The notes under the pieces are model-generated. The model did not search any database and was not told where the DNA came from. It saw only the letters and a list, made by a program, of their open reading frames with translations. A stretch of DNA of 38,126 nt, taken from the sequence record SRR31156797_860. One strand, given 5' to 3'. A program made the position numbers and the translations under genes. Positions 28,846 through 38,126 of this stretch are shown here, one piece after another (position 1 is the stretch's first letter; each line of letters opens with the position of its first letter).

Positions 28846-29950
28846 AATATTTTACATTTCGCCAAATACGTTTCCTTCAAGAGCAGCTCATACAGTTCAC
28901 ATCATGAATATGTGTCAGAGCTTTTCCAAACTTGAGAAAAGAATAACATTAGTAATACCAATTAATAGAAATAATATATTAAAATCGAAGAAAAGTATTA
29001 GAAAATTCTATGCTATTTCTGAAAATGTATCTATTTTACAATTACCAATGCTTCCGACACGTATAGGCTTAGCTATCTACGCAATGTTTTGCCTTATTAT
29101 GGTAAGAATTAATAAACCTAAACTTTGTTATACAAGAAATTTTTTTATTGCTAATTTGTTAACAAAAAGGAATTTTAAAACTATTTTTGAAACTCATGGA
29201 TTAGAATTTGATAATTTAAAAAAATCGCAATTATTAGAAAGAAGTTCTTTATTAAGAGTTGTCGTTATCTCTGAGGCACTATTGCAGATATATGTTGATG
29301 AAGGATTTGACATAGCAAAGTTTTTAGTAGCTCATGATGGTGCTAACTTGGACCTCGAAGAAGAGAATGATGTTGTATCAACTTATGATGATAATAAATT
29401 TCATGTCGGATATGTTGGGCATTTATACAAAGGAAGAGGAATAGATTTAATTTTAAATTTAGCTAAACATAGAGATAATTTGCTTTTTCATATTGTTGGA
29501 GGTTTGGATGATGATATTAATTATTGGAGAAGTATAGCTCTAGAAATGAATATTAAAAATGTTGTTTGGGAGGGGTATATACCACATAATGAAGCCACGT
29601 TTCTAAGGAGGAAATTTGATATTTTACTTGCTCCTTATGAACAAAAGGTTAGGGTTTCAGGCAATACGGGGGATACCTCTAGATGGATGTCTCCACTTAA
29701 GATTTTCGAATATATGTCTGATAAAAAACCTATATTAGTTTCTGATTTACCAGTCTTACATGAGGTTCTAAAAAATGAATACAACTGCCTTTTCTGTAAA
29801 GTCAATGACCTCAATGATTGGTTATCAAAAATAGATATTTTGATAGAAGATAGGCAGTTGTCAGAAAAAATTTCCACTAATGCTTATAACGATCTTAAAA
29901 GAAAATATACTTGGGATAAAAGAGCTCAAGCTGTAATTGACAAAGTATAA
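28835..29950 (+). CDS. GT4-family glycosyltransferase
   Basis: FETH, VVISEAL, HDGA, GYVGHLYKGRG and SPLKIFEYM...KPILVSDLP. Confidence 0.9.
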   Translation: MSDKIFYISPNTFPSRAAHTVHIMNMCQSFSKLEKRITLVIPINRNNILKSKKSIRKFYAISENVSILQLPMLPTRIGLAIYAMFCLIMVRINKPKLCYTRNFFIANLLTKRNFKTIFETHGLEFDNLKKSQLLERSSLLRVVVISEALLQIYVDEGFDIAKFLVAHDGANLDLEEENDVVSTYDDNKFHVGYVGHLYKGRGIDLILNLAKHRDNLLFHIVGGLDDDINYWRSIALEMNIKNVVWEGYIPHNEATFLRRKFDILLAPYEQKVRVSGNTGDTSRWMSPLKIFEYMSDKKPILVSDLPVLHEVLKNEYNCLFCKVNDLNDWLSKIDILIEDRQLSEKISTNAYNDLKRKYTWDKRAQAVIDKV

Positions 29951-29977
29951 AACTTATTAATTCTGTATTGAAATTAG

Positions 29978-31117
29978 ATGAAAGTGTTTTTTTATTTACC
30001 AAATGTAGAATCTGGTGGTGCGGAAAAAATGATTATTGCTTTAGCAAATGAAATGGCTAATAATGGTAATGATGTTACTTTAGTTTTAGGTGTCTTCGAA
30101 GGAGCATTTAAAGAAGATATTTCAAACCAAGTTAAAATTTTTGAATTAGGCACATTAAGTGTGTTAAAATCGGTGACTAAACTGTTTAAAATAATTTCAA
30201 AAAATGAGCCTGATGTATTATGTGTCACAAAGTGTCATGTTAATACTATCTTAGCACCATTTGCTTTGTTTTTTAGAAAAACCAATATTGTTTTACGTGA
30301 AGCAAATACTCCTACAGTAGAGTTTAAGTATGCTGGTCTTTATGCTAAGATGATCATGTTGTTGGCGAAACTAACTTATAAGTTTGCAGATAAGTATATT
30401 GGCGTGTCAAATGGGGTTTCTGAAGATATGATTTCTTTTTATGGCTTAAAAGATTCCAAAGTACAAACTATTTATAACCCTGTTATTTCACCTAAGTTAT
30501 ATGAACTTTCAAAAGAAGAAGTGTACCATCCATTTTTTGATGAAAAGAAGAAAAATTCAGCCACTTACATACTTGTTGCCGTTGGGAGACTAATGCCTCA
30601 AAAAGATTATCCCACAATGATAGAGTCATTTCATGAGGCATATAAACAAAATAATAATCTAAGATTGGTAATATTAGGTCGGGTAGAAAAGTATAACTCA
30701 GATTATGATATAGTTGTTGAAAAAATTAAAAAGTACAATTTGAAAGCTGTAATAAGCTTTGTTGGTTTTGTAAGTAATCCATATAATTACCTTTTAAAGG
30801 CAGATTGTTTTATACAAACATCGCTTTTTGAAGGATTACCTGGTACGTTAGTTCAGGCATTAGGCTTAAGAAAGAATATTATTGCAACAAATTGCAAAAG
30901 TGGACCTACTGAAATTTTGAATAATGGTGAGTTTGGGGCTTTAGTAGAATTAGGCAATATTGAGCAAATAAGTGAACAGATATTAAAATATTCTGAAGGG
31001 AAATCAAATATGAAAGCTAATGAAGACTTTCTAAACCAATTTACGTTAGATGCTTCGACAAAACAATATGAATTATTGTTTTGTAGGTTAATGATGCAAA
31101 ATGAAACAAATTCATAA
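29978..31117 (+). CDS. GT4-family glycosyltransferase (WabH/PglJ-like)
   Basis: SGGAEK, GVSNGV, IYNPV, VGRLMPQKD, NPY, SLFEGLPGTLVQA and GPTEIL. Confidence 0.9.
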   Translation: MKVFFYLPNVESGGAEKMIIALANEMANNGNDVTLVLGVFEGAFKEDISNQVKIFELGTLSVLKSVTKLFKIISKNEPDVLCVTKCHVNTILAPFALFFRKTNIVLREANTPTVEFKYAGLYAKMIMLLAKLTYKFADKYIGVSNGVSEDMISFYGLKDSKVQTIYNPVISPKLYELSKEEVYHPFFDEKKKNSATYILVAVGRLMPQKDYPTMIESFHEAYKQNNNLRLVILGRVEKYNSDYDIVVEKIKKYNLKAVISFVGFVSNPYNYLLKADCFIQTSLFEGLPGTLVQALGLRKNIIATNCKSGPTEILNNGEFGALVELGNIEQISEQILKYSEGKSNMKANEDFLNQFTLDASTKQYELLFCRLMMQNETNS

Positions 31118-31435
31118 AAATATTGGATACTAAAAATCATTGGGTAATTGGAGTTTGTAATTGTACAGTTGAGTATAAAGTTATGGGTTTGATTTTATTT
31201 GGATATGGTTTTAAAATAATTTTGAACTGTATCTTATAGGGTTAACTTGATTATGGCGAAGTATTTTGAAATTGGTTGTTATGGAATATTAAATGTTGAA
31301 AATATTTTTTTTCGGCATTAAGTGTTATGTTGGGAATATTTCTTTATGAAATATGATCAAGATATCTTTTATAATTGTTCTATTAATAATTACAATTTGT
31401 TTTGTAGTTAAGTATAGGTAATCATGTAAATATTT

Positions 31436-32404
31436 ATGAAATTAATAATAAATAAAGTTCTTATAATTGGTAGAACGCCTCCACCAATAGGTGGTGTAAC
31501 AATTCATGTGTCAAGGCTTTTAATTAAATTGAAAGAATCTAAAGTTAATTTTTCATTTTTTGAATTAACTAAAGGAGGGTTGTTTAGATTGATATTTTGT
31601 ATTCCGAAATATGACATACTTCATATACACTCATCTAATCCATATATTAGATATTTTATATCTCGTTTAGGCAAAATTTATTCGGTAAAAACGGTAGTAA
31701 CTTTTCATGGTGATTTGCTAAGGTATAGTTCCAAGTTTAAAAATAAATTGGATTTAAAAACTATTGAGGTTGCTAATTTCCCTATCGTTTTAAATAATAA
31801 AAGTTATCAACTAGCAAAAAAAATAAACGAGAATTCTCTTCAGATATCTGCATTTATTCCTCCAATAATTGAAAATGAGATTTTGGATAAGTTAGTCATA
31901 GAAAAGATTAATGATTTGAAAAAAGAAAAGAATTTTTTATTCTGTACAAATGCATATAATATGAGTTTTGACAAAGATCAAAATGAAATTTATGGTATTT
32001 TTGAACTTATTGATTTTTTCATAAATAATTCTAATTATGGTTTTGTATTTTCTGATCCTTCAGGTGTATATAGCGAATCTTTCAAAGAAAGGAAAATGAC
32101 AATTCCAGAAAATATACTTATAGTAAAAGGTGCACATTCATATTTTAGAATTCTAAGTCTCTGTGACGTTTCTATAAGAAATACAAGTACAGACGGAGAT
32201 TCACTTTCTGTGAAAGAATCAGTCTTTTTAAATAAATTAACTTTGTGTACAAATGTGGTCAGTAGACCTAAGGGAGCAATAATTTATAAAAAAGGTTGCA
32301 TAGATCAAATTATTAATTCAATTGATATAAATAAATTTAAAATCATCGAAACATCCATTAAAGATGGAAGTGAAGAATTAATTAATTTATATCTTGACAA
32401 TTAA
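31436..32404 (+). CDS. Divergent GT-B glycosyltransferase (GT4-like)
   Basis: PPPIGGVTIHV N-terminus, HIHSS, TFHG, and TDGDSLSVKES where the EX7E motif would be. Confidence 0.7.
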   Translation: MKLIINKVLIIGRTPPPIGGVTIHVSRLLIKLKESKVNFSFFELTKGGLFRLIFCIPKYDILHIHSSNPYIRYFISRLGKIYSVKTVVTFHGDLLRYSSKFKNKLDLKTIEVANFPIVLNNKSYQLAKKINENSLQISAFIPPIIENEILDKLVIEKINDLKKEKNFLFCTNAYNMSFDKDQNEIYGIFELIDFFINNSNYGFVFSDPSGVYSESFKERKMTIPENILIVKGAHSYFRILSLCDVSIRNTSTDGDSLSVKESVFLNKLTLCTNVVSRPKGAIIYKKGCIDQIINSIDINKFKIIETSIKDGSEELINLYLDN

Positions 32405-32432
32405 TGTTTTTAAAATATATAAAGATTATATA

Positions 32433-34592
32433 ATGAAACAAATCATCCAAGATCTTAAAAAAGGCAATACTTTATTAGAAGAAGTTCCAGCACCACAGGT
32501 GAAAAGCGGTGCTGTATTAATTCGTACCACTCGCTCTTTAGTTTCTCTGGGTACCGAGCGCATGCTGGTTGAGTTTGGTAAAGCCAATTATCTTCAAAAA
32601 GCCAAGGCTCAACCTGATAAGGTAAAACAGGTTCTTGACAAAATGAAAACAGATGGGGTAAAGCCTACTGTAGAGGCGGTATTCAATAAATTGGGGCAAC
32701 CACTGCCTTTAGGCTACTGTAATGTAGGCGTTGTAGAGCAGGTAGGGAAAGATGTTTCTGAATTTAAGGTGGGGGATCGTGTCGTGAGCAATGGCCCACA
32801 TGCCGAGTTTGTTTGCGTACAACAAAATTTGGTTGCCAAGATACCGGAAGGTGTTACGGATGAGCAGGCAGCTTTCACCGTAATTGGTTCCATAGGTTTG
32901 CAGGGCATTCGTTTGGTGAACCCAACTTTTGGCGAAACCATTGTGGTAATTGGTCTTGGGTTAATTGGTTTGATTACTGCAGAATTACTAAAAGCTAATG
33001 GTTGTAAAGTAATCGCTTACGATTTTGATCAGCAAAAAGTAGATATCGCAAAGGAAAAAGGGATTCTTGCTTTTAATCCTGCGAAGGGAACCGATCCTGT
33101 AAAATTTGTTCTGGAGCAGACCAATGGTATTGGCGCCGATGGAGTGGTAATCACTGCATCAACACAAAGTAATGAAGTAATTGCACAATCTGCCCAGATG
33201 AGTCGAAAACGTGGTAGAGTGGTTTTAGTTGGTGTTATTGGTCTGGACATTAGCCGTGCAGATTTTTATGAGAAGGAGATCTCCTTCCAGGTGTCCTGCT
33301 CATATGGGCCTGGTCGCTATGACGAAAACTATGAAGGCAAAGGTCAGGATTACCCTATAGGTTTTGTACGTTGGACAGAGAAACGAAATTTCGATGCCAT
33401 ACTACATGCTTTGGAGTGCAAGCAGATTGATGTTGAAGCCTTAATTACTGAGCGTGTACCTTTGGCAGAGTACGAAAAAATATATGGGAACATGCGTGGC
33501 AATTCCATTGCCTCTATCATTCAATACCCTGTTGATACAATCTATAAAAGTTCAGTAAATTATTCGAATACAAAATTTGAAGGAAAGTGTAATGGTCTAG
33601 CTATAATTGGAGCAGGCAATTTTACTGCTGCTACCGTATTGCCTGCTTTCAAAGATTTAGATGCCAATATTCAATACATTGCCAGTTCGGGAGGTTTGAG
33701 TTCTGCTACTCTGGCTAAGAAATGCGGTGCTGCAAAAGCGACTTCAGATTATCAGGAGATATTGAAGGATGATGCAGTGGATACAGTCATGATTACTACA
33801 CGACACAATCTGCACGCCAGTATGACCATTGAATCCTTAAAGGCAGGTAAAAATGTGTTTGTGGAAAAGCCGCTTGCATTGAATATTGAAGAACTTAAAG
33901 AAATTACTGATGTTCAAAAGAAATCAGGAAAGAATATAACGGTAGGTTTTAACCGTCGTTTTTCACCCTTTGCCACAAAGATGAAACAATTGCTTGGCGA
34001 AGGGCCTAAAAATATTGTGGCTACCATGAATGCGGGTATGATTCCAGCTAAAGTATGGGTGCACGATTTGGAAGTTGGTGGTGGTCGTATCATAGGGGAA
34101 GCCTGTCATTTTATCGATTTGTGCACTTACCTTGCAGATAGTAAAGTGGTATCGGTTTGTATGAATGCCATGGGAACAAATCCTGATGAGGCAACTGACA
34201 ATGCTTCTATTCTGTTACGATACGAGAATGGAACCAATGCGGTGATCAACTACTTTGCTAATGGTGCCAAGAGCTATGCCAAAGAGCGGGTAGAGGTTTT
34301 CTCCCAGGAAAGGGTATTGACTCTTGATAATTGGAGAAAACTGACGGGCTATGGCTTTAAAGGTTTTTCAAAGATGAAGACCGGAATGGACAAAGGGCAC
34401 AAGGATCAATTCAACTTATTGGTGGATCGTGTTAACAATGGAGGCGATGCTTTAATCCCTTTTGGTGAAATAGTGAATACCACCCTAGCCAGTTTTGCAG
34501 CCATCGAGTCCTTAAAGCGAAATACATGGGTTGCTATCTCCGAAATGGAAGAAGAAATGTATGCTGAGAAAGTACAGCACGAAATGGCATAA
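32433..34592 (+). CDS. Bi-domain oxidoreductase (MDR-like domain + Gfo/Idh/MocA domain)
   Basis: Start likely ATG 32433 (MKQIIQDLK). N-domain has SLVSLGTE, PLGY and GLGLIG. C-domain has IGAGNF, FVEKP, VGFNRRF and GGGRIIGEACHFID. Confidence 0.9.
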   Translation: MKQIIQDLKKGNTLLEEVPAPQVKSGAVLIRTTRSLVSLGTERMLVEFGKANYLQKAKAQPDKVKQVLDKMKTDGVKPTVEAVFNKLGQPLPLGYCNVGVVEQVGKDVSEFKVGDRVVSNGPHAEFVCVQQNLVAKIPEGVTDEQAAFTVIGSIGLQGIRLVNPTFGETIVVIGLGLIGLITAELLKANGCKVIAYDFDQQKVDIAKEKGILAFNPAKGTDPVKFVLEQTNGIGADGVVITASTQSNEVIAQSAQMSRKRGRVVLVGVIGLDISRADFYEKEISFQVSCSYGPGRYDENYEGKGQDYPIGFVRWTEKRNFDAILHALECKQIDVEALITERVPLAEYEKIYGNMRGNSIASIIQYPVDTIYKSSVNYSNTKFEGKCNGLAIIGAGNFTAATVLPAFKDLDANIQYIASSGGLSSATLAKKCGAAKATSDYQEILKDDAVDTVMITTRHNLHASMTIESLKAGKNVFVEKPLALNIEELKEITDVQKKSGKNITVGFNRRFSPFATKMKQLLGEGPKNIVATMNAGMIPAKVWVHDLEVGGGRIIGEACHFIDLCTYLADSKVVSVCMNAMGTNPDEATDNASILLRYENGTNAVINYFANGAKSYAKERVEVFSQERVLTLDNWRKLTGYGFKGFSKMKTGMDKGHKDQFNLLVDRVNNGGDALIPFGEIVNTTLASFAAIESLKRNTWVAISEMEEEMYAEKVQHEMA

Positions 34593-34601
34593 TCTTAAAG
34601 T

Positions 34602-36500
34602 ATGCGAAATCAATTACAAGTCATTTCCAATATGGGAATGCGTTACATTTTTTTCCGTGTATCCTATGAGTTCAAGAGGAAAAGTGGATTGTTAAAAAGA
34701 AACTTTCCTCTTGCCTTAGATGAGAGAGAATACATTTCTCTGAAAGATTGGAAAAAGGAGCAAAAGCCCTTTTTTCAATTCGGAAGGACACAGGAGCTAA
34801 AGGCTGATAATGTTTTGCTTGAAAAGGCGAGCCGGATAAAGCAAGGTAAGATTCCTTATTTCAGTAGAGAATGGGTGTCCTGTTTTAAAGAAAGAAGTTC
34901 ATTGTTCGATTGGTTTACCAATCCATCTACCGGTCATCGGTATGCTGCCAACCCCCATTGGAGCGAGGTAAAAGATTTGGATCCAGAAGCAGGCGATATC
35001 AAATATGTTTGGGAGAAATCACGTTTTTCATGGCTCTATACCCTTATCCGTAATGATGCTTCCAATGGTAGAGATTCTTCTGAATTTGTATTCAAGCATA
35101 TTGAAGACTGGATAGAGAATAATCCCCTGAACTGTGGTCCCAATTACAAATGCAGTCAGGAAATATCCCTTAGGGTATTGAATTGGATTTTTGCCTTGTA
35201 TTACTATTCCGAAAGTTCAGCCTTAAGCGAGGAACTGTTTCAAAGGATATTGCATAGCATCAGGGGGCAAGTCCAACATGTGTATGGTAACATTAATTTT
35301 TCAAGAATATCAGTCAGAAATAATCATGCCATTACCGAATGTTTGACCTTGTATTTGGTAGGGCTGCTTTTCCCAAGCTTTCCCGAAGCGGATAAATGGA
35401 AAAGAAAAGGCAAAAAGTGGTTTGAGCAGGAGATCAGCTACCAGATCTATGAGGATGGTTCCTATTTGCAATTCTCAATGAATTACCATCGGGTTGTGGT
35501 CCAACTGTTGACGATGGCTCTTCGTTTGTCAGAATTGAATGGAGAGCGTTTTTCTAAATCAGTTTACAAAAAAGCAGAGAAAACTTTGGATTTTCTCTAT
35601 CAGTTTTGTGATTCGAAAACTGGGAAATTACCTAATCACGGAAACAATGATGGTGCCTTGTTCTTTCCTTTGAACAGTGATGATTACCGGGATTACCGGG
35701 GACAACTTACTGCTTTAGCCTGTGCTTTGCACAAGACAGAAGCGTATTTTTTTGAAAATTACAAGTGTGAGGATTTGCTTTGGTATGGTTTCGAGAATCA
35801 TTCTAATAAAACTGCCGTTGTTCTAGGTCAAGATATTTCACATGGTAATCAATTCCATTTTGGGGGCTATTATACCTGGCGAGACAATGATAGTTTCACT
35901 TTTATGAGATGTGGAGCATATAAAGACCGACCCTCTCAAAGTGATGGCTTGCATTTGGACATTTGGTATAAAGGTGAGAATGTTTTTATGGACGCAGGTT
36001 CTTACAAATACAATACGGAAGAGAAAGAAATTAAGTATTTTAATGGAAGTAGGGGACACAACGCTGCATTCCTTGGTGAATACGATCAAATGTTGAAAGG
36101 TCCTCGTTTTATTTGGTACAACTGGATTCGGAAGGCGAAATGTGATCTTAGAGAGCATGAAGATCAAGTTGTCTTTGATGCTGAATTAGAAGCCTATAAA
36201 CATTTGGGGAAAGGAATTGTTCAGAAACGGAAAGTTACCATACCCAAATCACAAAGTAGTTGGTTGGTTGAGGATTCTTTTACTAAGACCTACAGGCAAG
36301 AGATAAAGCAGATTTGGCGATTGAATCCTGTATTTAAAGATCGTGTAAAGATTGTTGCTAAAGACGAACATAACAACTGCTTGCAGGGGGTATGGACTAC
36401 TGGTTGGCAATCGGATTACTATGGTGAAAAATATGAGATTCCGGTTCTAGAATTCACAACCAAAAGCAAGAAGATAATAACGAAGTTAGAGATTGGTTAA
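34602..36500 (+). CDS. Heparinase II/III-like (alginate-lyase-fold) protein, no signal peptide
   Basis: DIKYVWEKSRF, WIENNP, RNNHAITE, DGSYLQFSMNYH, GNNDG, DAGSYKY and HN motifs. Confidence 0.85.
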   Translation: MRNQLQVISNMGMRYIFFRVSYEFKRKSGLLKRNFPLALDEREYISLKDWKKEQKPFFQFGRTQELKADNVLLEKASRIKQGKIPYFSREWVSCFKERSSLFDWFTNPSTGHRYAANPHWSEVKDLDPEAGDIKYVWEKSRFSWLYTLIRNDASNGRDSSEFVFKHIEDWIENNPLNCGPNYKCSQEISLRVLNWIFALYYYSESSALSEELFQRILHSIRGQVQHVYGNINFSRISVRNNHAITECLTLYLVGLLFPSFPEADKWKRKGKKWFEQEISYQIYEDGSYLQFSMNYHRVVVQLLTMALRLSELNGERFSKSVYKKAEKTLDFLYQFCDSKTGKLPNHGNNDGALFFPLNSDDYRDYRGQLTALACALHKTEAYFFENYKCEDLLWYGFENHSNKTAVVLGQDISHGNQFHFGGYYTWRDNDSFTFMRCGAYKDRPSQSDGLHLDIWYKGENVFMDAGSYKYNTEEKEIKYFNGSRGHNAAFLGEYDQMLKGPRFIWYNWIRKAKCDLREHEDQVVFDAELEAYKHLGKGIVQKRKVTIPKSQSSWLVEDSFTKTYRQEIKQIWRLNPVFKDRVKIVAKDEHNNCLQGVWTTGWQSDYYGEKYEIPVLEFTTKSKKIITKLEIG

Positions 36501-36580
36501 TAGATTTTCGACTTGTGACTTTATACTTTTTTTATTTGTGATAGTTCATAATTAAGGTGACGATTTTAAAAAAATATACA

Positions 36581-37828
36581 ATGCAGATATTACTAGTCCA
36601 TCAATACTTTCTGGAAAAAGATGACGGAGGAGGTTCCAGATGGAACGAAATGGCTACCATGTGGGCCAATCAAGGTCACGAAATCACTGTTTTAGCAGGA
36701 ATGGTACACTACAATACAGGCAAAAAGTACGATAGGTATAAGGGGAAATACTTTTTTGAAGATGCATATGCTCCCAATGTTAAAGTGATACGTTGTCATG
36801 TTTCAGAGGCTTACAATGTGAATTTTTTAGGGCGTTTGTGGGGGTACTTTTCATTTGTTTTTTCCAGTTTATGGGCAGGTCTAACTAAAGCGAAAGGCGA
36901 ATATGACGTGGTATTGGTTACTTCACCTCCTCTTTTTGTTGGAATTACCGGCTTGGTTTTAAAAACTCTGAAAAGATGTTCCTTTGTTTTTGAAATTCGC
37001 GATTTGTGGCCCGAATCGGCCATTGATACCGGAGTTTTACGCAACAAATTCATTATCAAATTGGCATATTGGTTCGAAAAGTTAGTGTATAGGAAAGCCG
37101 ATTTGATTAATACCCTAACTCCTGCTTTTCAGAATAAGTTAATAGAGGAAAAAAATGTCCCTTCTGATAAGGTGATCATGATTCCCAATGCGGCAGACTT
37201 TTCTCTTGCTGAAACATTACTTGATTTTGATAGCAAGGCTCTTCGTAAGGAAATGGGGTGGCAGGATAAGTTTGTTATCACCTATGTGGGTGCACATGGA
37301 GTGGCGAATAATCTCATTCAGATAATTGAAGCTGCAGAACAGTTGCAGGATACACCTGCGCATTTTGTATTAATTGGAGGGGGAATGCAAAAAGGAATGC
37401 TGATATCTGAGGTGAAGAAACGAAATTTAAATAATATAGAATTCATTGATCCCGTACCCAAGGCTGAAGTTTTTAAATATATAAAAGCATCGGATATGGG
37501 AACATCGGTATTGAAAAATGTAGATACTTTTAAAACCATTTATTCCAATAAAACTTTTGATTATCTATCGTGCAAACGTCCTATTTTGATGTGCATAGAT
37601 GGTGTATCCAGAGAATTGCTTGAAAAAGCTGACGGAGGTGTTTATGCTGAGCCTGAAAATGTGCCCGATATTGTAAGCAAAGTAAAAGACTGCATGGCAA
37701 ATTTGGATAGGTGTAAACAACAAGGTGAAGCAGGATATAAGTTTGTGAAAACTTATTTTGATAGGGAAAAATTGGCCGTAGATTATTTGTTGAGCTTGGC
37801 TAAACTACAAAAAAGAAAGAATGTATAG
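36581..37828 (+). CDS. GT4 glycosyltransferase, WbuB-like
   Basis: Start likely ATG 36581 (MQILLVHQYF). TSPPLF, FEIRDLWPES, IPNAAD, YVGAHGVAN and NKTFDYL. Confidence 0.92.
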   Translation: MQILLVHQYFLEKDDGGGSRWNEMATMWANQGHEITVLAGMVHYNTGKKYDRYKGKYFFEDAYAPNVKVIRCHVSEAYNVNFLGRLWGYFSFVFSSLWAGLTKAKGEYDVVLVTSPPLFVGITGLVLKTLKRCSFVFEIRDLWPESAIDTGVLRNKFIIKLAYWFEKLVYRKADLINTLTPAFQNKLIEEKNVPSDKVIMIPNAADFSLAETLLDFDSKALRKEMGWQDKFVITYVGAHGVANNLIQIIEAAEQLQDTPAHFVLIGGGMQKGMLISEVKKRNLNNIEFIDPVPKAEVFKYIKASDMGTSVLKNVDTFKTIYSNKTFDYLSCKRPILMCIDGVSRELLEKADGGVYAEPENVPDIVSKVKDCMANLDRCKQQGEAGYKFVKTYFDREKLAVDYLLSLAKLQKRKNV

Positions 37829-38126
37829 ACGTTTCATAAAACCCTTGGGCGATTTTTTAGTTGCATTAACGGGTTTCCTATTGGCGAGTCCAATATTGCT
37901 AATGGTAGCCTTGTTTTTATTTTTCGCTAATAAAGGTAAACCTTTCTTCTTCCAAACCCGCCCAGGTAAAAACGGTAAGCCTTTTCGCATTATCAAGTTC
38001 AAAACCATGAATGATAAAATGGATAAGGAAGGAAACTTATTACCGGATGTAGACCGATTAACACGAATTGGTACTTTTGTCCGCAAAACATCACTAGATG
38101 AGTTACCTCAGTTAATTAATGTATTA
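37821..38126 (+). CDS. Initiating phosphoglycosyl transferase (PglC-like monotopic sugar transferase), 3'-truncated by the window
   Basis: Not in the ORF track. Manual translation gives MYRRFIKPLGDFLVALTGFLLASPILLMVALFLFFANKGKPFFFQTRPGKNGKPFRIIKFKTMND...LLPDVDRLTRIGTFVRKTSLDELPQLINVL, with KFKTM and SLDELPQ motifs. Confidence 0.93.
   Translation, partial: MYRRFIKPLGDFLVALTGFLLASPILLMVALFLFFANKGKPFFFQTRPGKNGKPFRIIKFKTMNDKMDKEGNLLPDVDRLTRIGTFVRKTSLDELPQLINVL

Noticed and set aside
35682-35699. 9-bp tandem duplication gattaccgg x2
   Set aside because: In-frame DYRDYR with only two copies; not a plausible contingency repeat.
34602-36500. Secreted heparin/alginate-degrading enzyme (PUL component)
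   Set aside because: There is no signal peptide and no SusC/SusD, and the gene is embedded in a biosynthetic operon.
1-38126. IS elements, integrases, rRNA/tRNA genes, defence systems
   Set aside because: No transposase or recombinase motifs, and no RNA-gene-like GC-rich structure, were recognised by eye.

Overview
All supported genes lie on the + strand and form one large Wzx/Wzy-type surface-polysaccharide (capsule or O-antigen) locus. The host is very probably a Bacteroidota genome: it has TAnnTTTG promoter motifs, A-rich translation starts without Shine-Dalgarno sequences, a large SLBB-repeat exporter and a Q-rule signal peptide. Gene order is: a stand-alone PglF/CapD-like dehydratase; an SLBB exporter and wzz; uronic-acid precursor genes (wecC, wecB, a WbpO/TviB-like dehydrogenase, a WbpP-like epimerase, UDP-GlcA 4-epimerase, ugd); a complete legionaminic-acid-type nonulosonate pathway with a formyltransferase and a PIG-L deacetylase inserted into it; wzx, a candidate nonulosonate transferase, a glutaminase-less asparagine-synthetase-like enzyme, wzy and three glycosyltransferases; then a GC-richer module (bi-domain oxidoreductase, heparinase II/III-like protein, WbuB-like GT) and a PglC-like initiating transferase cut by the window end. 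Non-coding highlights are 7-mer and 8-mer tandem repeat tracts in inverted orientation around the first gene, a possible promoter-to-hairpin repeat RNA, stacked ECF/sigma54/sigmaA-like promoter motifs, a decayed REP-like palindrome and a probable GT2 relic. No rRNA, tRNA, CRISPR array or transposase was recognised. All calls come from reading motifs by eye; no searches were run.
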